From positions 806,001-870,000 of the forward strand of contig NW_026250417.1 in NCBI RefSeq assembly GCF_024521635.1: a DNA stretch of 64,000 nt, read 5' to 3'. A program made the position numbers and the translations under genes. Within the stretch, counting starts at the first letter, position 1. Each line of letters opens with the position of its first letter. Below the pieces are notes generated by a model that worked only from the letters and a program-made list of their open reading frames with translations, was not told the DNA's origin and made no database searches. Below, piece after piece: positions 48,963 to 62,920 of the stretch. This DNA comes from Tricharina praecox. Taxonomy: Eukaryota.

Positions 48963-50664
48963 CTTTCTAGGATGAGTCCGAGGTATCTAGGATATTTTAG
49001 GAGATGTGCGTTGAGCAAAGGAAACCGCCTAGATTGTGGAGGATCGGATCAACAAGTATGTATGAAGAAATAAGTAAGAGTAAGGGGAGCTAAGTGTCGG
49101 ATGCCCGATGGATCTCGGAAGGCAAGTTAAGGGAACACAGCAGCGTGCTGTCAGTCGAGTGAGTCGTGCTCAGCTAATGTACGTACTCTGGAAGTGCAGT
49201 AATCGATTATCAAGCTGCTGCTATGATTACCTACTGCAGGTATTTCGAGCGATCGGGTCCCAGGCCTGAGGCCTTAGGCAGGTCGGCGGCTCAGTGTCGC
49301 AGCCGGTGTAGCCGCGCCGAATATCCATGCGGACCCAGCCCTCAGTCCTCATCTGTTTATTAGAGCATGGACGTCCAGAGAGGGCCATCGCCATGTTGGG
49401 ATACATAACCACAGCCCTGGAGCCTGGAGGAGGCCGGCGACCCCTCACGGAGGTTAAGTTTGCCTGAACGCACTGACCAGCATGAAGGCAGGACTGATGA
49501 CCTCCCGGCTACGTTTAGTAGTGGGAGCCGGTCAATCGCCCATGGTTCCAGATACAAAAAACCTTCAGGCATCTTCCGCGGATACAGAATTCGGACAAGT
49601 TGGTTGTTTCTGATGGCTCTGTAACACTGGCTTGGTGTCTGAACGGGGGTGAGACGGTCGGAAGATTGGAAGGATCCGGCAATTATCAACTTGCGTGGAG
49701 TCCTTAGCTAGTATTAGAATATATTCCATGTAAATCTGTGCGGGTTGCATCGGTGCAGCGGTGCTGGCGAGACCCTTGCGAGCGAAGGGTGTGCAACGGA
49801 CGATTTTCTGGGGTATGGGGGCCTTCCGTTGCTAAAATCAGATGGCTCGTACACCTAAGCCATCGCACGCCTGATTGTGGTCGACATGGGAGCCTTGAAT
49901 ATCGGAAGATCGGTATAGTGCTTTCCAGACCAGTCAACATTTGGCTGGTGGGAACTGGAAGGCAGAGACACATAGCGAGATTCGCAGCCAGTTGCAAAGC
50001 TATTATTTAGATGTACTAAGGCAGTCATCAGGAATTAAAGGACTGGACTGTCTTTCGCTGCTGATTCCGACTAGTAATGTACGTCAAGATCCCAGACCTG
50101 GCTTGTTTGATGTGCGGTAAGTATGCAATCTCTGATAGAGTGCTCACAGGCTACGCTACCAGAGAGAGAAGCTGCTTGTATGTTGTAGGCGGGTCGTCTC
50201 CATCATGAAACCTGCTACCTAGTAGTTAGCCGTATTATCACCGAGTGGGACCGTCAAGCCTCCAGGATTCTGACGACACGGAAGAAACTTTCGCCGCAGG
50301 TGCAATTCCAACCTCAAGTCATCACAAGTGACAATTCTGGCTCTCAGACTTCTCCAGATGATCATCGGAGCGGAAACCTAAGCAGCAACTATGCGATCAG
50401 CTTTCGGCCCGGTGGGGTTCAAAAAGGGGTAAACCCAAGGTGTTATAATGGTTGAACATCAAACGATCAGTTCTGCAGCTATGTCGGAACGGCGACTCGG
50501 CAATACCACATCGTACGGGTGCGCCATTTCCGTCACCGCCGTTTGCCGTCCCACTCGCAGTTAGCTGACTCGTCCAATCGAAGCGATGCATCACAATATC
50601 GGTGTGGCGGAGCGAGAGGAGGAAGTGAAGGAGGAACTGTTAGTGAGAGGAGAAGGTAATGGAA

Positions 50665-51500
50665 GAGCTGTCGGCGAGAGATGGAAGTGAAGGAGAACTC
50701 CTGTCGGCGGGAGAAACCGAATGTGGTTAGTAGTGGGCATCAGCGTTGGTGGGAATCAACTTTGACGGGCATAGCGGGGTCTTCTTCTGCTTCATCTTCC
50801 GCTTCATCTTCCGCTTCTTTCTCCATCATCCTCTACAGGATAGACCATCAACCTCTATCTCCTCTTTCTCCTGTGTGTGCTCTCCTTTCGATCCCGCCTC
50901 CGCCCTGGAGGGGTGTTAGCAAAAGAGCCGTCTGCAAAACCGGCTCCTCTGTATCCCATAAGACCTCAGTATATCAACGTTGTTGACGATTTCTGTGGGC
51001 CTCTCACTGCCGTGGATGCATGTGCCGACAAACTCGACTATCAGACAGAGAATATTGTAACCCGGTGCACTTCCCAGCATCGAATGAGCCCCTACGTACG
51101 TACATATACTCTAGACTACAGAATCCAGTATGTACAGCCGTTTCTAACCATTTCTTCTTGAGCACCAGAAACATCGGCCATGGCTCCCGAAGTCAAATCA
51201 TGTCGACGTTTTCACCTGGCGACATTTCCAACATGGTAAATTAGTCGGTCCAAACCATTCATCTTAGCGAGAGAAGTCGAGTCGTGCAATATTCGACAGC
51301 TTTTGGGCTACATATGTACCGAACGGCCATCACCGGAAGCTTCCGCCATGCATGACAAGATACGCTAAACATCCAGAATACCCCAGCATCAGCCGTAGAG
51401 GCTCCGTCTCATCATTATCGATTTGAGCGTCTCGAGGTGCTCGCCTCTGCACGCACATTTACAGAGCCAGTCCGTGCACCTTGCGGCCCTTTTCACGGTC
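50665..51500 (+). repeat. Dispersed degenerate repeat, copy A (related to 62921-63560)
   Basis: Core CATCATCCTCTACAGGATAGACCATCAACCTCTATCTCCTCTTTCTCCTGTG (about 50824-50875) nearly matches 63025-63077, with weaker collinear similarity on both sides. Boundaries are approximate. Confidence 0.7.
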
Positions 51501-54500
51501 TCGAATAACCCGGTCTGTGCAGCTTCAGGATGAATCACGAATCACGCTCATTTAATTTACTCACGCAACACGACCGCAAAGCTGACTCTTCCTAAAGCCA
51601 CGATCGGTACGAAACCGCAACGGTTTTCATCCGTCCCTCCACCAAATCTAGAATATGCGGAAATTTTTATCAAAGGCCAACAAGGCGTGCACGGCATGAA
51701 GGACGTGGCTTTCGGTTGCACCGCAGAAGTGATGTTTATGTACGCCGTACTTGGCCGGCGCCATGTATCGATACCAAATTACCAATATCACGAATCAACG
51801 ATATCCCCAGACAGACCGGCTGCTCCCCTATTACATACCCAAGTACGTTCCTGCAGATTGCAGGATGGGACGAGGACCTCCGTCAATGCCATGCAGGGAA
51901 TGGGGACACGATACTGTCGTCCGCGTGCTTGGAGCCCGTATGTGCGCCGCCATTTTTCACGATGCCAACGCGACGTCGGGGGGAGGGACGGACTCGGCGA
52001 TGCTGCCTGCCTGCGAGTTGGTAATACAAGTTCTGGGAGGTCTGAATCACACAGCGAATTGCACTGGATCGTTTGTTCCAACTCGGTGCTGCAGACGACT
52101 ACGGTAGCTACCACCCCAGCTACATACTCACGCCGGCTGCTGGCGCCCCGTGAAGACTATGCCTTGGCCAGCCTAACGCACTAAATTTGCCTACTCAGGG
52201 GGCTTTTGTGGGTGGCTTTAATCTCACACCATGCCACATGGCCTTGCGGAGGTCAGATCTGTTCTCGGGCGCTAACTACCGCCGATCATACAAGCTCGTC
52301 CGCACTAGCACTAGGGAACTGCCGAGTGAGAAGGCATGATCGTCGTTCTCCTCCAGTGACGAATCCGCATCGTAGACTAAGTACCGCTGCTCAACAGAAG
52401 ATTCAATAGCAGTTAATCGTCGCACCAGGTCCAGCTGATAGGTACCGACGTCCACATCCTCGCTCTGCTCCTTAGTAATAAAAAGCCGTTGCTACCCGCT
52501 CCGATCCAAGTCCACAAGTGCATTCCGATCTGCTGTCTCTTCAGGCTTCAGTAGATACCGCGGGCTACGGTACCTACATATGGCGACTACAATTCCAAGG
52601 GCTGATAGTGCATACTAGTAACTACTTGGGCATGGGGGCTCGAGAAGAATCCCGGCTAACCGCACAAAACACGCGACTTCCGTTTCCCTCCCTCCCTCCC
52701 GAACCCACAGACAAGGGGGGACGGCGATCATTTTCTCGCTTGCCCGTGTCATGGCGGAGCCGGCGTCGTACACTCGGAAGGCTGGGTTGCCGCTTACACG
52801 GAGGAGCACATAGTAGTGCACATACCGTATCAGCTTATATACGCCGACACAGCTGGGCAACGGGCATACATAGGAAGGTAGCATGGTAACCGCACGGATC
52901 AAGGATTCGCGTCGAGTCCTCACCGACGCACGGATGGATGGCTTGGATATAGGTACATACCACTGAGCGAAACTCGAATTCCCGCCCGTGTCACGCAGGA
53001 ATACGGGGTGCCTATGTACGTAGCTATCCAGTGCGATGTTCCTAGCCACTGAGAAGCGAGTTTAGTGCGTGCGCGACCGGCTCGCCATCGTCCACCGTGC
53101 GACCTGGACCGGTGGTGCGTAAGTTGCCCCCCTCCCCCACCCCGCCCGTGCGAATACGGGAGAGGAGAGGCCTTCGAATCTCGAGTCTCGACCGTTGGGG
53201 CGGCATGAGCATGAAGACACAGCATATGTAGAGTGGAGTGGAGTAGCTAACAATGTAGCTAGCATATCCGAATGCCTGCCGCAAACGGTTATAGGTGCGA
53301 TGCGATGTGATGGAGGCTGACTGCTCTACATAGCTTACGCGAGGACATCTGGCATGAATGAGCAGTGGATCAATTGTGGTTGGCAGGCGGGCGGGTGGGG
53401 GCCGAGTGACGACGCCTTTGCATCATGACACCTGCGCTGCACGGAGCTGAAGACTACGGTACCTGCTTACTCCAGTTACATACAGCCTCCAGATCAGATG
53501 CTAGATAACTAACGTCTCCAACCAGTCCGTCGCCAGCAGTGGGACCAACCCCTAACTACGGTACTACGTCGGCGAATGCGCCGAGATGGCTTGGATCACG
53601 GATGCACATTCCACATCCCACAGAAGCGCGGATGCGATGCGTACTTCCGAGGCAGTGTCAGTGCCAGTGCGCGCTGTGTGGCTGGCCGCTGGCCGACGAC
53701 CAAGCCCCGGCCGTATGCACCATGTACTGCGTACTGGTATACGGTATACCCACGCTGGCGATGGCCCGATGGGAGAGGCTGTGTGGAATGCCTAGGTATG
53801 TATCAGTACATGCATGAATGGAACATAAAGCACCGTGAGACATAACTATGCTAACAGGAAAAGCAGGAATATAGTAGGGCTGCGATGGCCCTGATTGAAG
53901 GCGTATGTACATACCGGCCCATTGCCGGAACAGTGGCATATTCCCGCACGGAGCATGCACGCATGGGCGTCTCTGTTGATATTCATACCGGTATGTATGT
54001 TTGAACACACGATGGGAAGGCACGTGGAACTGTCGGCCAGGGCGGGCGCCAATACATACCGGTAGTTGGAACTTGGTCTCGGCCGTCCAGTATTGTACCA
54101 GGAACAGCTGATAAGTCGTGCCTCACCACCATTACGAATTATAAGCGCCAGGTTAGGCACCACTTACTCATACACCCGAGTGCAAGTAAGTCGTGACCAC
54201 CTCCATTTCGTCGTAAGTGCTAACAAACAAGAGCTCACACGATATCACTCATATAACCACATTGGGACCAGTTGCCTATTACTCATGGAGGTGGTAACGA
54301 CTCAAGGCTCCCTCCTTGTACTCTACATAACTACAGGCTACCGATACTGCACTGGAAAAGCTCGACTTGTATCATTGTATCATACCTATGGTACCTACTC
54401 GTACACAGATACCGGTGGGCGCGTCTCCTTCCCCCGTCTCAGGCTCTCAGCTCGAACTATCAGGAGGGGGCACCAACAAACAAATCACGAACGAGCAAGT

Positions 54501-55526
54501 CGCTACCTATCGCCATTCATTCATACCGCCATGCGGAGTGGAGCAGAGACCGTCCGCGAGACCGTCCGCGAAACCTGCCGCAAGCAGGCTCGGAGCCTCC
54601 CCCGAAAGCGGCTGCCCGCCGAACACCACGGTTGCACCGAGTGACACAACTTCGCATATTGCCCCCCTCCCCTGGAATAATCAAACCTTGAAACCTCTTG
54701 TCACTGGTTAATATCGAGCAGTATCTGCGGGCGTATGTACATATGTGTCTATGCAGCGTACGGGTATCGTCGTTATCGCGGGTATGTACTAGGTAGTAGG
54801 TACTCTACTATCCTGTTGCTCGGCCGTTAGCAATCATCGTGCTTGCGGAAGGTGCTTCAGACCTGGGGCAGTGGCGCTTGCGATACGATATCTATGGCGT
54901 TTCAACTTTCGAGCACACTTGTTCAACCTGCGCCTAGAAAAACGGGAGTAGAGTGGCCCGTGAAAGGCCTGTATGAGGTGTCACGGATGTTGAGTGGCAG
55001 GGCTGGGCTTGTACCATACACACTACAAACTCTAATCTTCCCGCTCAGAAACAGACAGTCTCACAGACGTGGAGGAGGAGGAGGGGGAGGAGAAGAAAGA
55101 GGGGAAAGAGGTGTGCGGCCAGCGAACCGCGACTCGGGACACTGGCCCCCTCCCCCCCACCCCCGCTCTGTGCACGCGCGATGGCTGGCGCCGGGGGGAT
55201 CATTTGGGCTGGAATTGTAGAGATGGATGGATGTATGTATGGATGGATGGATGGATTGATCGACGGCTCCCTCCCTACATAACTGCCTCCCACTCCCGCC
55301 CTTTTGGAAGCTTTCATCGTGCCCCATCGATCGGCTCGGGTTTGGTTTGGTTTGGTCTCGGCAGCACTCAATCTCGACTCTCGAGCGGCTTCCGGTTTGG
55401 TCTCGGCAACACACTCAATCTTGAGCGAATTTCGTCCAGAAACAAAGAAAGAAGAAGAAGAAAGAAAAAGAAAAAGACATAAGAACAGGCAGGCTCATTC
55501 AAAGACGGTTCCATACAACTGCGACC

Positions 55527-58200
55527 ATGGGTATCGAGGAAAAATACACGCACGACGCTGGTAGCTCGGATCCCGAGCGCGCTCCGGACTCCGTCAAGTA
55601 CGATGAGACCACCATGTACACTGGCAACCTGAACCCGGATGAATACGGGACGCTGAAGCGGGAGTCCGTTTCCCTGATGCCGCCATCGTGGTCGTGAGGA
55701 AATCAATTTCGCCCGTGTGCTGACCAGTGCGTGCGTACATCAAAAAAGGTTGAAGAGTCGGCATGTACAGTTCATCGCCATCGGTGGAATGATCGGTGTG
55801 TACATACCCACTTCTTACTCACATATATCCCACGGGATGATGCCCCTCTCAGCGAGGTGAGGTGAGCTCATCGAGTGTTGCAGGTACCGGCTTGTTCCTC
55901 GGCACCGGCGTTGCCTTGCAGAGGGCCGGCCCCTTATCGATATTCTTGGCATTCACGATTGTTGGTATGTTTTTGCGCTTCCGGAGCCTTATTTACTAGG
56001 CAGCCAGACAGGAAGCGCTGCCCGGGTACTAACTCCAGCGGTCCAGGAACGGTGGTCTTCGCCATGGTGCAGAGCTTGGGCGAAATCGTAACTTGGCTGC
56101 CCATCAGCGGTGGATTGACAGTATACGCTTATCGTTACGCCGACCCGGCCCTCGGATTTGCTATGGGATGGAACTACGCCTTGAGTGCGGGCGTGGTGTT
56201 GTGTGCTGAAATATCAGCAGCTTCGGTAAGTACGAGTGCGCGGCTCATGAATCATGATTGCACTCATGATGATGGCCATCGAGAGTCGAGACTGATGGCT
56301 TGCAGGTTATTATAGGATACTGGGACGATACCATACACGTCGGTGTCTGGATAGCAATCATATTGATCGTCATAATAGCTCTGAACAGTTTCGTCGTCGG
56401 TGGATACGGAGAAGCAGAGTTCATATTTGCCAGTACGTACTTCTTCTTCTCCCGCTAGAGAAAGCAGCCAATCGAACTGGCTGACCGTGTGCTCTTCCCC
56501 CAGGCTTCAAGATCATAACAATCATCGGACTGCTCATTCTAGCGCTGATCCTTAATTTGGGCGGAGGACCGTTAGTCGAACCCAACAGAGATCCCACCTC
56601 CGGCGTGTATACTGATATTCTATATTTACCAGTGACAAGGACCGCAAAGGCTTCCGATACTGGAATAGTCCAGGAGCAATGAAGCCCTATCTGGCCACCG
56701 GAGACAGTGGAAGATTCTGTGGCTTCCTGAAGAGTTTCGTCAATGCTGTCTTCTCATTCTTGGGAGCAGAAGTTATCGCAGTGGCTGCCTGGTCCGAGCT
56801 CACCTCCGTTGCAGGCTACTACATACTATCTTGCTAACGTTCTCCGATCATGTACCGATAGTGAAACGAAGTATTATCCTCCTGGATTCAGTTACTCTTG
56901 GTTTTTTGACTTACCGGCGGCAACAGGCATCCCCGAAGGAACATTCCGAAGGCTGTTCGACGTGAGTGACTGTTGACGACTGTTGCGAATCGCCCCCAAG
57001 AATGCTAACCGACTTGCACTGCTACAGGAACATTCTGGCGGTAAGAATCACTGCAGCAAAGCACCGTGCGGCGTATCTGGCTGACGGGCAGATAGCATAC
57101 TCTTCTTTTACGTCTTTGGAGTTCTAGCCATCGGTGTGCTCGTTCCGTACAACGACCCCAGTCTCGCGAAGGCCCTCGAGGATGGAGAAAAAGGCGCCGC
57201 TGGATCACCATGGGTCATTGCGATCAAGAATGCGGGCATCCAAGGCCTTCCGCACATCATCAATGCGGTTATCCTGAGCTCCGCGTGAGTGAACATCCCC
57301 CTTTTTCGATGGGGAGTTGGCAGACTAACACGAAGGTTTCAAGTTGGTCTTGCGGAAACTCCTTTGCATATGCAGGAAGCCGAAATCTTTATGCGTTGGG
57401 TATAAAACTTATGCTATAACCACGATCCGATGGAATGGGGAATCATGCTGATGTGCATCGCAGCAATCTCCGGAAGTGCACCCAAGATCTTCGCCAAATG
57501 TACCAAGCGCGGTATTCCACTCTACGCGGTGATGGCAGTCTGCGCATTCGGCCTGCTCTCTTTCTTAAACGTCGGCCGAAGCAGTGCGGAGGTCTTCAAC
57601 TGGTTCGTCAACATCGTAAGTGATCGGCCTCCCGTCCCTACACGACGTCAACCTGATCTTCCTCCCAGACCACGGTCAGCGGCCTCTTCAACTGGCTCAC
57701 CCTTGGTATCTCATACATCCGCTTCAGCAAGGGTCTTGCAGCCCAAGGTATCTCCCGCGACCAGTTACCGTTCAAAGGGTACTTCCAACCATATGCCGCG
57801 TATTACACCGTCGGAATGAGTGCATTTTTCATCCTGATAACTGGCTTCGATGTATTCTTTCCTGAAAAACGCACGGCGAGGGAATTCTTTGGGGCGTATT
57901 CTGGAGTCTTGATGTTCGCGATTCCATAGTAAGTGCCTGCCTACGCTTCGCCGGATAGGCGGTGTTGACTGACGAGGTGAACAGTATCTTCCACAAGCTG
58001 TATTACAACCTCCCGGCAATTCTGTATGAAGAAATGGATTTCTTCACCGGAAAGGCCGAGGTCGATAGGGACGAGATCGAGAATATACCACCGGAGCCGA
58101 GGAACGTCTGGGAAAGTATGAGATCGAACGTTCTCCCCGTGTATAATAAAGTACGGTGTGCTAACCGCCATTCTCAGAAATCTGGTCCGCGATCGCATAA
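55527..58200 (+). CDS. Amino-acid permease (APC superfamily, YAT family); 16 exons
   Basis: Spliced product TLKRE|LKSRHVQFIAIGGMIG|TGLFLGTG...SLGEIVTWLP...ALGFAMGWNY...YGEAEFIFAS|FKI...GFRYWNSPG...FSFLGAEVIAVAAC|ETK|HPRRNIPKAVR|RTFWR|ILFFY...SPWVIAI...SRNLYALA...PKIFAKCTKRGIP...PRNVWEK|IWSAIA*. Confidence 0.93.
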
Positions 58201-58962
58201 GTGCGAGAAGGGGAAAGTCGTAGGAAATTCAGGTAATATGTAGGACGGGAAAGATGTGATAATTACATAAAATCGAAGGGTTGTTTCCGTGATCACTCAA
58301 CCGCTGGTCCGTATCCGCATGTAAAAGCACTTGGTCGTCTTGTAGGACTTAAATGTGAAATTCCCATTGAAAACCGGACTCGGCGAAGTGAGCAAGCCAA
58401 AAGTCGTCAATAGCTGTTATGAGTGACCACAGTGGCTTCGTGGAGCGGAGCGGCGATCTCAGCCTCGGGCAACCAGCTCACCCGCGGACCACGTGACATC
58501 ACCGGCCGCAACCCGCTCGAGCCCGCGACGTGCTTTATATTTTATACATGCCTAGACGCCCAGACTCGCCACACCACGCACCGGTCTATGCCACCTTGAA
58601 TTCTGGCGCCGTTATCGCCAGAAATTTTACCTCTCCGCTCTCTCTAGTACATGACTTGTATCACTCGGTGAATGTCATCGTTCGCTCACAGGTTTCCGTG
58701 AGCTCTAGCCATTGATCTTTGCCAAAGAAATTCCACTGAGGCGCCACTCTCTTAAAACAAGTAAAGAAATCCACTAAATACTATGCAGTTGAATGAAACA
58801 TCTATCCAGCTCACCCCCAAATCCGTAAATACCCAAAGCAAAAACTTCCATCCACCTCACCAGGAAGGTCCGCACCAAAAACAAAAACAAAAAACAAAAA
58901 CTTAGATGATAGATCCACCTCACCCGCAAAACCCAATGCTAAACCTAAACTTCCATCCAACC

Positions 58963-59938
58963 TCATCGGCGCTGCCTATTCTCGGAATCCCGGTGCTTCC
59001 GCCCGCCGTGGTGCCGCTGCATCTCAACATCCTGCAAGCCCGCCTCGCCACCTGTGTAACCCTTCCGATCCTCCGACAGGATAACATTAGACGGGTGCAC
59101 GAGGTTGAACAGGAACACCGCGGCGGCCATCAAGACAGCGTCGAAGATGTACAGCCAGACCTCGTTGCGCATGAGGTAGCCCTTATTGCCCTGGATATAC
59201 TCGACGACCCTGAAGATGCTCCTGACCATGATGAGGGCGGAGGCGCCATAGAGCACTCTCAGCAGGGTCAACCACCCGTTCTTCCCGCCGGTCTGCAGCG
59301 AGCTGGCGAGCACCGTCGGCTCGCGCACGATCTGCGTGTGGAACCGGATTGCGACCACCACGAACCCGCCAAAAAACAGCAGCTGCACGAATAGCCCGCC
59401 GAGAATCAGCTTCTGCCCCAGGTCCGCGGACTCCTCTGTCGCTTTGGCCATCATCCCGCCACCCCCGCCTTGCATCATGAACGAGAGCACGTCGCCAAGA
59501 ACGAAGAATTTCGTCAGCCAGTTGAGCCGGATCATCGAGTGGTGCGCCGCATCGAGGTAGGCTATCAGGCGCCCTAGAACCATGTAGATCGAGGCTGCGA
59601 AGAGGGCCGGTGCTACGAGGAGGAGCAGCGATTGCATGATGTACGGCCCGAGATTCTCTTTGTCACTGTGCGACATTATCCGCCCAACGTATCCGATTGC
59701 CTCCACTGCGGTGGTGTTAGCCCTTTCACACATATACTCCATCGTGATGTTGAGGAGGGACCGGCGTACTCAAGGCGCCGATAAACATCGGTATGAAGTA
59801 CCATGTCCGTGACCGGATAAGTTGGAATCCATGGGCAATTGTGGTAAGGGCGAAGATGACAGCGAATATCGCTGCAGCAACGATTGATGGTGTGTAGTAA
59901 TAGAAGACGTATTTTTGTGGGACGACTTCGGTGGACAT
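58963..59938 (-). CDS. RTA1-like (lipid-translocating exporter family) membrane protein; one intron about 59707-59769
   Basis: YYYTPSIVAAAIF...RSRTWYFIPMFIGAL|.EAIGYVGR...YIMQSLLLLVAPALFAASIYMVLGRLI...FVLGDVLSFMMQGGGGG...RSIFRVVEY...EVWLYIFDAVLM...HPS. Confidence 0.92.
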
Positions 59939-62920
59939 CGTGCCTTCGTCGGGTTGGGGTCGGAGCTGGAGCTGGAGACGGATGTATGGACGTATGGACG
60001 GGGGTGCGGCCGGGGGTGAAGGAATGGGAGCAGCGAGCAGCTGTGGTTCGGTGGAGTATTGCTTATCGGATTCGAGGTGTCTGGTCTGCCAAATAATTGC
60101 GGGTGTACAGCGGCCTTAAGTACGGACAGTGATCACCGTGAATGGTTTTGGGCGTCATATAACCAAGCACTTCGTATTCGCTGAACTGCGTGCCCGGTTC
60201 TTTCTCCTCCCTTTCGTTTGTGCGAAGCACCCTCTCCGCACTAGTTGGTTCAGAATACCCGTCTAGAACCTTGCGTGTTCGTTCGGAGCCCACCGCGCAG
60301 ACAGGCCCGAGGAACCGTAGGTAGCTGTCGGTACGAATACGATGGGCCGCCACTAAACTGCGGAAAATCTGACGTGACGCTAGATAGACAATCCCCCGGC
60401 CGGCCCAAACGTCGCCACGCCGTACCGCTTGCGCGGATAACTAGGGGCGACAACGTAAGCTGTTCCGCAATTGGCTGCGACGGAAGCTGCCGGGCTCGTC
60501 TTCGTTCATGCGGAGTACTACGCTAGCTACTATCTAGTGCGAGGCATCCATTCGGACCCGAGATTCTCACTAAGTAGAGTACCCTGCTGGTAGGGCCAAC
60601 GCTTGTTCGGACCACCGCCGGAACAAATTAAAGCGCCCTGGCTTCGAGTACGAAAACGAAAACGATACGGTACCAAACGTAGCCTAAACGTCGCCAAAAT
60701 AAAGCTTGGGCTAATAGATGTGCTTATGGAGAGCGAGGGCGCAGTTACTATATGGCATGTACCAGGTACTCCATCTACTTACACAGTCCTACAAAAGGGG
60801 CATGATGGCATGGCATGGAATACGTCAGGGTTTGTGGCTTAGATATGTACTCCACATAGGTAAACGGAAGGCGAACATCCCGAATCACAGGTAGGCGTGT
60901 ACCTAGCCATGTTCTAGAAGTCCTTCCATTGCGTGTAATAAGGTTCCTTAAAGTTAAGCTAGAGTTCGAGCTCGGTTGGTAAACGAATACATTGAACTGC
61001 GGTGATTCGTTTAACTTCAACTCACCAAAAGGCGGGTTGAAGGTTGAAACCAGGCTGAAAACCAGCAGAATTACCGCCCTCGGAAGGATCACACGGTACT
61101 CACCATCCAACCTCAGGCCAGACTGTTTCGTGAGGTTTTTTGGTATTTCTTGGAACGTCCCAGAAAGGTCACTCCGAGGTGCTGGCGGCGATCTCCAGAA
61201 AATCTTCTCCAACACACCTCAACTCGCCTAATTTAACCTCGAGGAGTCAAGGAGTCGAGGAGGCGAGGACCCTAAATAAATTGCGAACAGCAGAGAGTTG
61301 GCCGATCGAGTATGTCCTAGGTAGTATGTAACGTCAATGCGGATACGAGCTAGCTAGGTGGACCAGATATTTAGAGTATGATGGATATCATTCTACAGAG
61401 CGTACGTACCCTCGTCGTCGCAGCAAAGCTGAGCATCCGCAGCCTTGGCCATTCGATACGTCGAGGCGCTGTGCAGCGGTCCAACTTCTCCCCGAGCCTG
61501 GCTCAGCTGTTGGTAGACAGTAGATTGACACCGAACCGATTGTAGACTGGACTGGTCACTTTTGTGGTGGGTCGTTGGTAGGAGCGGTTCCCCTGAGCTG
61601 AAGATGATACCACTGCTAGGTAACGGATTGATCTACGAACGCGAAACACAGACGATACGGTGGGCTCCTCTGGCGACGTTTGCGAAGCGCTGAGCGAGTC
61701 TAATCGGATCCGTCTCGATTCTCGAACGCGGATACATGTCTGCCCGTTTGTCTGGCGCTTCAGGATCGGCGACGAGCCTAATTCACAATAATCCCCCGCC
61801 ACACGATGCATTTATGCTCAAAGTCGGTCCATGCCTCGATAAACCCGGCGAAAACAACTTCTGCCCACGGGCCACGGCGGTTTCTGCACGGGTGCGTGTC
61901 ATAGGAACTCACTCGGAGAACGCCTGTAAACGCACGTCAGAACGAGCAAGTTGATTCCGTGATCGTAGCCCATTCGCCAGTATACTGTGGTACCTCAAAT
62001 GGACGGCCAGCCGACAGGAAACTGGAAGACCAGTGCTAGTGGGTGGGGCTGCGGGATAACGCTGTCCCGAGGATACCTTTTCGAGCAATACAGGGTGGGG
62101 TGTCGAGAACCAAGCAGAAGCAGAAGACGTTGTGACTGGATGCTAAACAGAAAAGAATGTTCACCAACAGGATAGCCAGCTCGGATGGGAGGGAGGCGGG
62201 GAAGTGGATTGCTGCCACGAAATACACAGTAGTTATCCAGACGGCGGACAGGATACTCGGAGCGCGCGTGTCTTGTTCTGGATGGGCCTGATACACCATG
62301 ATGAACCAATCCAGACCGCAACACAAACGGTGAAATCATCCAAGTATCGTACGCATTTGACATTCTCTCTGCACCCACTGAAGGATCTAACAGGATCCAA
62401 CGGGCTGGCCTGCACCCTAAGTCCAAGTCCAAGTCCAATTCCAAGTCCACGGAGCTGAAGACTCCCACCACCACCAAATCATCAAACCAGCAAATCAAGA
62501 CCCACCCACTGCAGCAGTTTCCAATCACATTTGGGAAAGATTCCACTAGTAAACGCTCGGTCGAACCCCCCGAAATGATAAAACTCGTGGCCTCGCAAAG
62601 GGGGTGCTCCTTTGAGGACTAAAAGGGAGGATGGCTTCAGCCTTCGGCGGTAAACGACAGGGCTTCGGATACGGACGGAAACTAGGAGGTAGGTAGTTAT
62701 TCCCCAAGGGCTAAGGTAGACCTGGTATGTATGGGCTATCGCCGGCGCTGTCCCCTGGATCTTTTCAGCTGTGCCTCCGCGCTCGTTGAGTAGCCGTCGG
62801 GCACTTTCGCCGCAACGGCTAATGCCGCCGCCCGGGCCCCAAGCAATGGTCGAACCGGCAGATAAACCGGTTCTCCCTACTGCTCGATTCGTCCGGTGCA
62901 TGGTGTGGAGGAGGGATGAG

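Noticed and set aside
53439..53455. 16-bp match CACGGAGCTGAAGACT shared with about 62448-62463
   Set aside because: It is too short and lacks convincing flanking similarity.
60775..62546. Medium-length minus-strand ORFs upstream of the RTA1 gene
   Set aside because: They show no recognisable motifs or coherent exon structure. They may be decayed TE sequence, but I cannot support that by eye.
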